A stretch of DNA of 64,000 bases from Callorhinchus milii (lineage: Eukaryota), in assembly GCF_018977255.1 (NCBI RefSeq), contig NW_024704742.1:100504001-100568000 (forward strand), read 5' to 3'. Positions 25,301 through 38,361 of this stretch are shown here, piece after piece. Made by a program: the position numbers and the translations under genes. Within the stretch, counting starts at the first letter, position 1. Each line of letters starts with the position of its first letter. Under the pieces are notes generated by a model. That model was given only the letters and a program-made list of their open reading frames with translations. It searched no databases and had not been told where the DNA came from.

Positions 25301-26196
25301 GGGCAGCAGAATAGCACCGGCAGTGTGACCCATGCATCTTTTCTTATTGAAAGGTTATTTTTGTGCCTGTAAACAGTTCAACTTCACTTCATCCACATTG
25401 ATGCTCATTTACCAGCTTAAATCAATACAATATGCAAAACAAGAAAAAGAATAAATCTAAACAGTGGCCCCGATGTTTAAGTGATTGTTAATCAATGTCT
25501 TTACTGTGTCTCTCAGCAAGACACTGGTCACATTTTTGATTTTGAGGAACCGAGAGGCTGTTAAAGACGATCTATAAACCTAATGCACAGACACTATTAA
25601 AAGGAAGAAAAGCACAACCTTAAAAATTTAAATTTCAAAGCAAATTGCTCGGTTTGAATTTCATTTGTTTCTAAATATATTTTCGAGTTCAGGAAGAGAA
25701 ACTTTCATTTAAAAGTAAATAACAGCTGTAACCACAGTATTACCCCTCACCAAATTTCCTCTTTTACCTTATAGGTGTTCAACACCTTTTTCATTTACTG
25801 GGTTACAGTCTACAGGACCTGGCTGCCCACCAATAACCTGTCCGAGTGGCCATTATTCAATTGTGTGCCTCAACAGCCGTTTATTTGATCATATGGGGCA
25901 TCACCTTCATGCCTGATCCTCTCCTCCTGATTTCTGATGAATGCTACCATTTGGTACTGAATTACCATTGGGCACTAACACCATCTGAATTGATTTGTGA
26001 AGTAAAACCAAGCAAAGTTGATAGAAGATAGCTTCTCAAACGCTTCACACAATCTGCTGGGAAATGGAGGGAGAAAAGGTGACTAAAATAATAATATAAT
26101 AATAATCCTTGCACTTAGATGAGCTTGAAAGGTGGGAAGGGAGAGGGTGAAGCTGAGGGAGGGACTGGTCAGCCTTCCACAGTCAATCTTACAATA

Positions 26197-26441
26197 AATA
26201 ATAATAATAATCCTTGTATTTGATATAGTGCTTTTCACGTCTTCCAGACGTCTCAAAGTGCTTCACAAAATATAATGTAAAGTGAATTGACTGTATATTT
26301 TGTGGGTGAAATGCAACACCCAATTGCACACAGCAGTGTCCCACAACAGTCGTGGATTGAAGTGACCAATTTATTATTGTTTTTTTTCTTGAATTATTAT
26401 CAGACATGTGGAGAAAGGAAACTTGCCCAAGGTTTCGCCCT
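26197..26441 (-). mobile_element. tRNA-derived SINE, short form, 5'-truncated
   Basis: Same body and tail as the 9775 copy. Confidence 0.8.
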
Positions 26442-26964
26442 TTTAGTCTTAATAATAATTTAATAATTCTTGCATTAAATATAATGCCTTACTATGTCAT
26501 TGAGACATCTCAAAATGTGTCACACGATTTACTGGGAAGTGTAGCGACTGCATTTGCAAACAAACATGGGAGTCAATTTGTACACAGCAATGTTCTACAA
26601 ATAGGCTTGAAGTGAATGATCAATTTTATCTGAAGATTGTTGCTAGGGCACCCAGAGAAACTCTCCTCTCTTTTCCAGTAGTGCTACAGGATCTTTATCG
26701 TCAGCCATCTGTTGTTATACTTAATGATATGATACGTTCCGATCACGTATGGAACATCATCGCCCGCAAGAACCCAGACTTCCCCTGGAAGTGTGGAAGT
26801 TAAGTCCACAAATGTAAGAGGTGTGGATGCGAGAAAAATAGTGCCGTACCTACTGTATCAGAGTTCCCGCTGCAGGATCTGCAACCTAGAAACAGGATGA
26901 AAATACTATTTCTGGTCACTTTCCCTTCCAGAAACAGCCTTCCTAATTAATCAGACTGCGAATC

Positions 26965-27600
26965 AAAGAAAGTTTACAGCACAGGAGGCCATTCGACCCA
27001 CTGCGTCTGTTTTAATTTCGACACTATAGCTATCTGATCTTTCTCAACACCTTTTAAATATGTTTCCTGAAGTGTTTATCCATTTCTCTTTTAAATATTG
27101 CTACTTCCTCAGATTAACTGGCCATTTCTGGTAAAGAATGCCACATTCTAACAACCCCCGGTGTAAAGAAAGTTATTCTAACCTCCCTCTCTTTTCTTGC
27201 CTCATAGAGTTTAAACCTGCAATCCTAAAGCCACTTCTACGACTTCTGATACTAATTCTCATTAATGTGAGAAATGTACCATTAGGATTGCTTGCATACA
27301 ACTGATCCTCTTGCCTCCGCAAGTTACATTTCTCAATTACTGCTAAATATAACAGGGCATATATAAAAGGGCATATATATCTAACTCGGTGCTCTGACAC
27401 AAATGCTATATCAAAAAGCAGTCTTTGACAACCTGAATACATTTATATCCTCCTCTCGAGGATGACCCCTGTTCCACCCACCTTATTCTCAGATAATTGA
27501 AATTGCCCATGATCGCTACACTACCTCTTCCAGCAGCCTCCCTTATTTGTCTCAAACGCTCAACATCAGCTTGTTCACTTTGACCCAGTGGTCTATAAAA
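26965..27600 (-). mobile_element. CR1-clade LINE fragments (endonuclease region joined to 3' end)
   Basis: Minus-strand peptide YRPLGQSEQ...QIREAAGRGSVAIMGNFNYLRIRW is CR1 EN-like. The 3'-UTR-like gggtcgaatggcctcctgtgctgtaaactttc lies at ~26970-27000. Confidence 0.7.
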
Positions 27601-28108
27601 TAGTAACAGTATGTGTGAATTTTTGTACATCAATACAACATTTTTCCTTATTGTGTTAATACAATGCCAAGCAGAATCAATACAAATATTGGACAACAAT
27701 ATTACATCTTGGGAGGGTGGGCAATGCAATGATGTATCATCAGCCTCTCTCTGTTTTTCATCTACATAGAATTGTGTTCAATTTCAGCCCGAAAATAACA
27801 AACTGGGAGACTACACAGCTGAGTGAATCACAACACTGTGATGAAGGGACCTTATGAAAACATTTTTTCTTTTACATATCTGGTCTCTAAAAATATTTGC
27901 AAAACAGTTCATTAATACACATCAAAATAAAGTTAACATTAATACACCTTTTTAAAGACACCTTGTAATATGGTCATAAACCTTTCTTTCTCCCCCTCCC
28001 CCATGCCTATGGATTTCTCTAGGGGAAGAACAGTGCTTTGCGGCACAATAATCAATCTTCCCCATTCATAGCATGGTTTCCCCTCCCTACCTCCCAAAAG
28101 AAAGACCT

Positions 28109-30335
28109 GTTTGGCTTTGCATAATACGCTTAATGCAGTTGGAATAATGTTACTCAACAGTTCAATACTTCCAAACCGTGCACGGGATGATTTGATCACG
28201 AGCAAACAAAAAAAGCATTCAAGTAAATTTTTTTGAGAGAGAATTACGAGAGTTGACCGAATAAAGAGCAATTTCACTAACCGTATCTACAGAGCAGAGG
28301 ACAAATAAAATTGTTGAACAATTCTACAGCCAAAGAGATGTTTGTGGTTGTACTAAATCTGGTGGGTGCTGTTCTATTACAGTTTAATGTAAATTCAGGC
28401 AATTATGTTCTCGCCTATTTAATATTAAGCTTGGTCATGCACTGCAAAACAAACAAGTGTTTTCCAGATGTCTTAGCATTTAAACCTTTCATCCAGAATC
28501 TGTCTAAGTCTGTCTTTCTTTTTCACCCCTCCCCAGCGGAATTAGCTGTGGATTAATCAGAATCAGCGTGGGAGTGGAATTTAGCTAAACTAGGAATGAG
28601 AGGGATGATCATAAGAAAATATTTAAGAAACGTTTCAAAAGCATTGACAGAATAAAGTGCAAAGTCACTGTTGTGTCTGTAAGGAATTGTTTTTCAGACA
28701 TTAAGCATCAGAATAACATAAAAAATGCACTACACCAAACTGCCTCAAATGTATTAATATCAGTCCCTAAACAGTCTAAATTGAACCCCAGTATCTATGG
28801 CCCAGGAAATCCACCATCTCAAGTTAGGGTTTTGGTGTTATTAGTGGACCAATTGTTATACAGTGCATTCCTTATAATTGCATGGAGTTGGGAATGGACA
28901 GAAACGTGCTATCATATCTCCAACCTTCTGCAGGCTTGCTACCCAGGAACTTTCAGGATATCCTGTGCACACACTGTCCTAAGGGAAAAAAAGATTAAAT
29001 AACAAGCTTGTTGGTTCTGACAAGCCTCAAGCAAATGCTCATCTTTAAGCACCTCAGACAGAGGTGGATCACAGGCTTCCTTCCAGCAAGTGTGAGAAAG
29101 GAAAAGTTATTTTTCTTTTCCATTTTTTCTTTTGTAGATATAATTTGATAGTGTATGTAGTTGTATTATTATAAAGTCAATCATGGTTCAACCAAATTAT
29201 TAATAGTACAGTAGTACAATTGTGGGACACAAAGAGGTCCAGATTCCTGGACAAAGAAGCAATACAAAACCTGAAGGCATCGTGGGATCTCCCACACCTT
29301 CAGTGATACCCCGACAGCAGGCTATTCCCTGGCTGCTGGGGGGGAGGGAGAAGGAGGAAAATAAAATGATGTGTCCTCTACAAATCAATACATTCTAACA
29401 TATTAAAATGTATTTAAAATCAATCAAGACATTTTGAGTGATATGAAAATGAAAACTCAGTCACTTTCAATATCTCCCACTTATTTACAGTTTGCAGGAA
29501 TAACTCCCAGCACACAGTGAGTCAGTGCAAATGCTTTATCGAGAGTCACTCAAGTTTTTACATGTTCTGTTTGTATCTGCAATATCCATGACACCTGGAA
29601 TAGCAGCATGTTTGAGAATTTTATAGATGGTTTAACTCGCCTGCGTTAAATTTATGCACTCTCCCCCTCCATACCATAAAGTAAAATGATCTTGGTTGGA
29701 ACCGGGGAGGGACATATGTGATGATCTCCTTATTCCCAATCTCACCGAAGTAATGTTGTCCCTCTTAGGTCCAATGATCCCTCTTGTTCCTATTTTAGCT
29801 AAATTTATCTCCCACGTGGATTCTGACCAATCCATAGCTAATTCCACAGCGGCGGGTAAGTGGGGGGGGTGAAAGAGGTAGACAGGTTCAGGCAGATTCT
29901 GGATGAAAGGTTTAAATGCCAAGACAGCTAGAAAACACTTGTTTGTTTCGCAGTGCATGACGAAGCTAATTTCAAACGGGCAAGAATATAATTGCCTGGA
30001 TTTACATCACACTGTAATATAAATGCATCTGCCAGACTGAGTGCAACCACAAACATCTATTTAAAATATATTTATCTATCTTTTTACTGTAAAAAAATAT
30101 TGTTCAAGAAATGCTGTACAACAATTTTATTTGTGTTCTTCTCTGCAGACACGGCCAGTGACATTGCTCTTTATTCGGTCAACTCTCTTGTAATGTTCCA
30201 TAAATATTTACTCCAATTGAGCACATATATTTTTTTTGCCCATGATCAAATCATTCTGTACAAGGTTTTGCAAGTGTAGAACTGTTGTGTAAAATTATAC
30301 CATCAGCACCAAGGGTATTATGTAAAGGCAGAAAC
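28109..30335. repeat. Long diverged inverted repeat (arms ~28109-28609 and ~29774-30335)
   Basis: Anchor: gagagttgaccgaataaagagcaat (28248) vs attgctctttattcggtcaactctc (30163). The ORF track shows mirrored peptides MHCKTNKCFPDVLAFKPFIQNL (+) and MHCETNKCFLAVLAFKPFIQNL (-). Confidence 0.9.
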
Positions 30336-32644
30336 TTTGACTGCACGCACAGCTTGCTGTACTGAACCAGCTACATCTCTGGAGGGAATAGCTAGCCTCT
30401 TATTAGATTTTCTACAGCACAGCCATAAGTGATAAATGTACTGCTGAATTCAATGTCAAGTTAATCAATGCTGCCAAAGTTTTGTTGACCAAATGGCAAT
30501 CCATGAAGCGAGCAGCATTTCTGTAGTCCTGTGACATCTCAGTAGACAGAAGGGTATGAAGCTGGAGTCTTCCTGGTTGGTAAGGGGGTTCTGAAGAGCT
30601 GTCAAAAAAAATTCCTGCTATTCGTTTGGATCCCATGCATGTCTGAAGGATTGTTTAAAAATCTGCAGTCACTGAAATGAATCCAGTTTGATGGTTAAAA
30701 CACTGGCAAATCGATAACTTCACAGATGATGAACTCTTGTCAGGCAAAACATGCAGTAGCTTTAAGCCAGAATGCTACAGATTTATGCGTGGAGTGTCTG
30801 TTTTTCTACGAGTTACTGCTCCCACACCTTGAAACTAGCCGACAACTGGAGAAAATTGAAGTAAAGCGTGTACCCTCTTCTATTTGCTGTCATTCAGAAC
30901 AGTTGGCAGGAAAGTCGAAACAAGAGCAGTCCTGTAAACAAACTGCTGCCACACTTTCAGAAGCAATTATAGTCTTATGAAATATGAATTGCAATTGATT
31001 TTTTCTTACTGGGGTTGTTCCGTTACATGTTTTATGCACCCCAGACATTTATTTAGACAGTAATCTGACATGTTTTTGCAAGGAGCGGTGAAAAATGCAA
31101 TCTTTGTGTAATCTTGAGTGCTTTATTTTGGCTTCCCTTACCCGACATGTAGCCGCCCAAAGATGTGCTTTGATAAAGATACCGAACAGCGCAATTATTG
31201 AAAATAAGTAATAAAACTTGTTTGCTGAATACTGATTAACCTTTTTCATGCCAATGACAAATGAACACCATCAAAGCTGCTGGACTACATTCATCACTGT
31301 CATCCAGCAGCACATTCTCCATTTGGTAGCAACATTCATTCCTAGCACTAAATGGAAGTGTATTACTGATGTTATATTAGCCTTGCTCCCCCCACAAAAG
31401 GCTGCACAAATCTTCGAGCTTACGAAAGCTTTTTTAAAAAACAAAACAAAAATCAAATACCATTAGATCAATTTGATTTAAAAGGCAGAAAATAAAACAA
31501 ATGTACAATATTGTGTAGTATATGCCCCTAAAGAAGCAATCTGCCATCTGAAAGTGATGCAACTATCTTAGTTATATTTTTGTATTTTATCAAAATTCTG
31601 TAATCTTGAAAGTGCCTGTGATCAGTAATCAAAACGATAACTTAATTAACATCAGTTGTACCAGTGGATTGCAGATATTTTAGCAGGCTGGATTTCTATA
31701 GCAAACTTTACTATATTCACCTAAAAACCTACATCTTTCACAATGCCTGCGGTCACCTACCTATTCCCCTCCGCTCGGTGTTCAGCTCAGGCTTTATGAA
31801 GCGCTCCTCAGACAATATCCTATTTGAAGGGTGCTATGTAAATGCAAATTGTGGTTGTAGAGCTGCACCATAGTGTATAAGATAGCAATAAATTGTAGGC
31901 GTTATGCATAAAGTCACAGCACCATTTACCTGATAATGTCATCGATTTCAGATCAGTTTCAGAAACTTAAAATGAAACACTACCAAACATCCATCGGGTG
32001 CTGTTATTTCACAGGAGTACAGTGCACTAAAACATAAAAGCCCCATGATTATCACAAATTAAAAACAGCTTTCAACAAAAACATGAACTATTTCTCTTTG
32101 ATGTCTGAGTTAGTGGTGGGGGAACAAAAAATCCTGCTGCTCTGAGGAAATTAAAAGCTTGCCATGTTTTAGAAATGGAATTCATTAACCATACCGTTCT
32201 TAGAAACATATACCAAAACATATTAAAAAGCATTCTTTCTATTGCTTGAATTCTTTCCCTCCAAAAGGTTGAAAATATATCTTGCTCCACATATTTTCAA
32301 ATACTGCTCTGACATCAGCCACTCGAAGAATCATTTAAATGGATCTCCAACCCATCTGATTGGCCTCCCTCCTTCCCTCCAGCACCCAAGAACAGCAGCT
32401 CACCACACAAAAGACTGTGTGCACTCAGTGGTTGGATCTCTGTTGAAGATAGAGCTCTGCTCTCTCTGAGATAGGTTCAACATTCCCACGTGACAATCAG
32501 GATACAGTCAACTTTACAGAAATTCCAACCTGCAGTCAGGTGATCCATGGAAACACATCACAAATATCCCTGAGAAGCTCCATAAAGTGTTGCAGGGATA
32601 ATAATAAATATTTTTATCGATTCATATAGTTCAACTGAACAACA

Positions 32645-33049
32645 TTCCTTATGTTGACAAGACGTCTCAAAGCACTTCACAGGATATACTGTAAAGTGGA
32701 TTGACTGTGGATTTGTGGGCGAACACGACAGCCAATTTGTGCACAGCAATATCCTACAAACAACCATGAAGTAAATGACCAATTTTGGGGGGTTGGTTGT
32801 TGGTCAGGATACCAGGAGAAACTCTCTTCTCTTTTTGAATAGTTCCATGGGATCTTTAATGTTAATCTGGATGGGCAGACCGGACTTTGGTTTAATGTCT
32901 CATCCAAAGGGCAGTACCTCCGACAACGCAGCACACTGCATTGGAGAGTCAGCTTAGACTATATGGGTTCCAAGTCTCAACATGGCACTTGAACCCACAA
33001 CCTTCTGACTCAGGGGTGAAAGTGCTACCAACTGAGCCAGGCTGACCCC
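32645..33049 (-). mobile_element. DeuSINE-like element (tRNA head, Deu domain, L2-type tail)
   Basis: Reverse complement gives GGGGTCAGCCTGGCTCAGTTGGTAGC...GATGAGACATTAAACC...AAAGATCCCATGGAACTATTC...TTGCTGTGCACAAATTGGCTG, the AmnSINE1/SacSINE1-type Deu domain. Confidence 0.82.
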
Positions 33050-33299
33050 TGCAGACTGAGAACTTTGGGCCCTATCTGGATCTGCCCAACACTGAGAACT
33101 CTCAGTAATGAATTTTCCCAGAGTTGGACAATTCCACATCTGTACTCAGAACACGCACAGCAATCAACCCCGTAAACTAAACACACAGCTGCTCTAGCTC
33201 CTTACCTTACCACACATAAATACAGCAGCCTGGAGAAGTTGAAGGCATCTTGTACCCAGAATATTAAAGTGAGGATTCCTCAGTACACAACAATAAAAC

Positions 33300-33728
33300 A
33301 ATAATAACTTGATATAGCATTTTTTACTGGGAGGATGTCTCAAATGGGGTTCATAGAATTTACTGTAAACTGTTGTGACTGTATTTTGTAAGCAAACGCG
33401 GTAACCAATTTGCAGACAGTAATGCCCCACAAATAGACAGGCAGTAAATGACTCATGTCATCTGGGGGATTGTTGGCCAGGACACTGGGCAAAATTCCTT
33501 CCTCTTTTTGAGTAGTGGCATGGGATCTTTAACGTCTGCTGGAAAAGGCAGACATAAGCCCAATTTAATATCTCATCTGAAGAACAGCACATTCACCAAT
33601 GCAGTACTCCTGCAGCGATGTATCTGAGAGTCACCCTAGACTATGAATTCAAAATCCTGACATGGGACTTAAACCCACAACTGCTGATTCAGAGGTGAGG
33701 AAGCCTCCAAGTTAGCCAGGCTGACCCC
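33300..33728 (-). mobile_element. DeuSINE-like element (second tandem copy)
   Basis: Same order of motifs as 32645-33049, more diverged. Confidence 0.75.
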
Positions 33729-34689
33729 TATAGGATTAGGCAAAGAGTGAACTAAGAACTATATTTCTCCCCTATATCTAATTTGAGTACTTTGAACTGA
33801 AAATATTCCCCCTAAACATAATTTCCTTTTAAAGCTTTACCATTTTTTTCCCTTTATAAGATTGATATTCACAAATATATCCTTCATCCCTCTGTCTGGA
33901 TGAAAATTAACTTCCTTCCTCTAGCCTCATGCCAGCCCTGAATGAGACCTACACAGGTAAATAGACGAGCAGAGTGAGCCACACACAGAGCGTTACGATT
34001 TCTTCTGAGATGCAAACTCCACTTCTCATGCGCTAAGCCCCAGCAGAGGTTTGGAGGAAATTGGAGCAACATGTCAAGTATAGCCCTCAAATACAATGGA
34101 TATCATGCTCAATTCTCACCAGTGTTGGTTGTAACTATAACAGAACAAGTGATGAACAAAAACTTTTTGAAATATGTACCGATTTTCCAAAAATCGTTTG
34201 AAACATTAAAATAACAATGAAAGTTAGTTTAAATGAAGTTTACTGAATATTCAATTACTGTAGATTCAGGAAGCAGGTATAAATTAACATTACACTGGAA
34301 TTACCCTTAATCAATAAACTGATCAATAAGGATGAATCGTGAACCACAGTCTAAACACAGTGCCACCTAGTGCATTAACACTATTGTTTCTATACAGGAA
34401 AACCGTTAACCAGCAGCACGTTACTTATATATTCTACCACTAAAAACAGAAAATAAATCACAAAGAGACCCAACACAATTTATTAATTTTCACGCGAGAA
34501 AAATACAGATCTCCATTGGGGGAGAGAACCAAATTTATGTCTATACAGGAGGGAGGGTCAATTGGAACAAGATGCTTTGCTTTCACGATACTATAAAATA
34601 AAACATTTTGGAGCTGGAGGGTGCCAACTTTCTTTGTACTCATGTGTTTTCTTTTCCATATCACAGTTTACCTTTGTTTGAGTGAATTC

Positions 34690-35440
34690 AGCTGAGGTGC
34701 AAAGAGATTTGGAAGTGCAGGTTTTGCAGGTTTGGGACATCCTCCCAATGTGAAAGGCGCTCTACAAATGCAATCTTGTTGTTGTAGGTCACTTTGTAGG
34801 TCAAAGTGGCATTGCAAGTGATAAAGGTTGTAAAGAAAGCTATTAGTAAGCTGGGCTTGATAGATAGGGGCAGAGTACAAAAATAAAGCAACATTGCTAA
34901 GTTTGTATAAATCATTGGTCAGGCCTCAGATGGAGTATTGGATCCAGTTTTGGTCGCTTCGCTTCAGGAAAGATGTTAATGCTGGAGACGGGGTAATGGA
35001 GGAGGTTTCTGAGAACAATTCTGGGATGAAGGGCTGCAGTTATGAGGTGAGACTGGAGAGGCTGGGTTTGTTTTCATTGGAGCATAGAAGGTTGAAGATA
35101 GAGATGTTCAAAATTATGAGGGGGTTTCCCTGGGTAAATAGGGAGAAGTTATTTCCACTGATAGAGGAATCAGTAGTTGGGGAACACAGTTACAAGATAG
35201 CCACAAGAATAGCGAAAGGGCAATGTAGGAGGATTTTTTTTAACCTCAAGAGTGCATGGGACTTTTCACCTAAGTAGGATATGAAGATGGGAGTTGTCAA
35301 GAGGGTTAGGGCCTTTGAAAGAGAAGAGCTTGAAGGATTATAGGTGTACGGCAGGGCAGATCTCCTTGCTTTGTGAGCCCCTGCAGACAGGATGGGCCAA
35401 ATGACCTTCTTCTGTACTGTACATTTCTCCGCTTCTATGT
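34690..35440 (+). mobile_element. CR1-clade LINE 3' fragment, interrupted by a short L2 tail (~34730-34785)
   Basis: ORF 34894-35277 (LSLYKSLVRPQMEYWIQFWS...SYEVRLERLGLFSLEHRRL) is the CR1 RT C-terminus; 3' UTR gatgggccaaatgaccttcttctgtactgtac. Confidence 0.88.
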
Positions 35441-35915
35441 AAATAAACCAAGGTTTGTTTTACCTCCTTTTAGACGAGCGAGCCTACTGTTTATATTACT
35501 GAGTGCGCCTATGCTGAATGGGCTTCTTAATAGATCTTACCATCAAAGCCTACATTACTAAATTCAACCCTGGGGGCAACATACAGCTGGAGGCAGTTAT
35601 CCAAAGTCGAGTGAAAACCTGGTGCTGGACAGGCAGCCGCAGGAAGCTTTTTGTTACAGATATCTCCTGCCTCACTCGGGACAATTTGGACTATAATATA
35701 TAATAATCATCCTTGCATTTGATTATAGAACTGTATCATGTGGTCGAAATGTCTCAAAGCATTTTGCAGGATTTCCTGTGAAGTGCATTTGTAGGCAAAT
35801 GTGGTAGCCAAATTCTGCAAAGGCAAACAGCCATTAAGTAAATGTCCCAGCATTGCAGTAAGAGTGTCAGGCTAGGCTATGAGCTCATGGGGCTTGAACC
35901 CACAACCCTCTAGAT

Positions 35916-36179
35916 TAATAATAATAATCCTTGCAATTGATATAGCGCTTTTCACGTCTTCTAGACGTCTCAAAATGCTTCACAGAATATGCTGTAAAGT
36001 GAATTGACCGTATATTTGTGGGCAAAACGCGGCAGCCAATTGCGCACAGCAGTGTCCCACAAACAGTCATGGATTGAAAATGACCAATTTATTATTGTTT
36101 TTTTTGGAGGGATTATTATTAGGCGTGTGGAGTAAGGAAACTTGCCCAAGGTTTCGCCCTGCCTGGAACTGAACCCAGG
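35916..36179 (-). mobile_element. tRNA-derived SINE, short form
   Basis: Near-identical to the reverse complement of 9825-10090. Confidence 0.88.
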
Positions 36180-37859
36180 ATTAGCTGAAATGGAATGGGA
36201 ACAGCTCCCAGGGAAAACCAGAAGCCTAAAACCATTTCCATGTCATCTATGTAGAGATAAAGGCTTTTTAAATGAAATATTCAATGTTCATCTGAGTTAC
36301 TCTTTATTTAGCATACAAAATGGATTTAAGAAAATGGGCTATTGGCACTCGAGTATCTCAAATGTATTTCTAGCAGTAGTTTGAGTAAAGGAATCGCCAC
36401 ACATATGGTACAGTATTAAACCTTTGCAACTCAACCTCAACCGCTAATTATTCCTTATGTAACTGTATTAGATCAAGTTTAGAGTTCATTGTGCAGTTAG
36501 TATTCTATTTGCATTCATTATTGTTCGCTTTGGTTGACCTTTGCAGTTATTCTACAATTAATGGAATGCAATTAATCTGTTTCACTATTTGATGGCTTAT
36601 TTATCAGATAGGTGTAGCATGGACTAATGGGTCTTGGTGGAAATGAGCTTCTTTTTAATTGGAAGCATTACAGCATTTACCACTGTCTGTGCTCTTGCAA
36701 TTAAGAACAATTTAGAAGCGTGTTTTTTTTACTATTGTCTACTTGATTAGATTTCTGAACTAACAGACATTACAAATGACAATACTGCTCAGTATTATTG
36801 GTCACAATAACAAAAACAGCCAAATTACTTAACTCTGAGAAACACTAACAAGACTCATCAATTTCCCACATTTCTTATTTTTGTTTCACTCCACTTGTGG
36901 TGTCGCACAGCTTAAAAAACAAACAAACCGTTCTTATACGGCACACCTTCCTACATCTACTTTATACAATTATAGTTTCCCCAAATCACCGCATCAACAC
37001 TAGAAGGAATTATTTTTCTTGATTAAGTGCCCATGGCTCTCCAGGGATGAAACAAAGCAAACAATTAATCTTTCTGTATTTGTCCTTGGAAACAACTACA
37101 GTACTCAAATGCAAGATAGCAGAGGTACCTGTTAGGAGGCAGACTGCAGTAATTAGACTTGGACTGAAAATGAATGGAGTTGATTCAGAGTCCTTAATCT
37201 ACTGAGGGTTTATGGCAGGGCAGGGACACACTGGTAATGGACCAAGTGGAAATATTTTTTTAAAAAACCTCTATAAAAATTACTAAACAGCTAGAAAATA
37301 ATTAACAAGGTCTGGGAATTAAAATCAACTGGACAACCAGAGAATTAGCAAGAACCTGCATTGGAAAACTACAATAATCTTCAGAGATGACTGGTTACAA
37401 ATTATTTAATGAAACTAAATTTGCTGCTCTCGATTGTGCTGACTGAGTCCTGAGGCTACTTTCACGAAATTTAAGTTATCCATATGGGGTGGGGTGTAAG
37501 ATAGACCTGGACAAACCAAGACATTTAGAAAAAGGATTATAAAATAACCGTGAATAAATATAAATGAGAATATTAGCATGAATCTCCTGATTTTACTGGT
37601 TTATGCCTTACATACCATCACAATTATGTGAATAACTAACACCAGTTAAAATATTTTACATCGAATGCTATATTTAGCAACAATTAATTCCTCATCTTCA
37701 TTTTATATTGAACACTGAAAGTAGTAGGAAGTTTTTTGGGGAGGGAAAAAATTTTGCAGATTTTTTTTCCCCCACTAAAATGAGATTTGCAACAGAATGT
37801 AGAGGAATTAGAAATACTTTTTTATTTAAATTACTCCCATCAGAAATAAGGAAAATTAT

Positions 37860-38225
37860 TATCATAATAATGCTTACAATTGTTATGGCACTTTATCATG
37901 TCAAAACATCTGAAAGCACTTTACAAAGTTTTCTGTATAGTGTAGCAACTGTATTATTGGCAAAATACAACAGCCAATTTGCACATAGCAGTATCACACA
38001 AACAGCTATGAAATTATTGACAATTTTTTTAATCCAGGAAATTATTGGCCAGGACACTATGAGAAACTACTTTTTCTTTTTGAAAAGTGCCTTGGGATCT
38101 TTAATGTTCATGTGAACTGGCAGACGGGACCTCGGTTTAATGTGTCATCCAATGGATAACAACTCACAATGCAGTGCCTCCACAACACTGCATTGGAGTG
38201 TGAGCTGAAAGTGGGCATAGAAACC
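37860..38225 (-). mobile_element. DeuSINE-like element, degraded
   Basis: gtgccttgggatctttaatgttcatgtgaactggcagacgggacctcggtttaatg is the reverse complement of the Deu domain. Confidence 0.72.
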
Positions 38226-38361
38226 AGAACTACACTGGCATGGTGTAGTTGGGCCAAATGGCCTGTTTCCATGCCATATCGCTCTATGTAATTCTGTTGT
38301 ACTTGGGTAACTCCTCTGTACCGCATCGCTCAAATAAAATGTTCCACAAGCAATGTCCTTT

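Noticed and set aside
28311..29958. Two similar ORFs (28311-28556 + and 29632-29958 -) suggesting a small gene family
   Set aside because: The similarity comes from the non-coding inverted duplication; indels break the frame and there is no splice or domain evidence.
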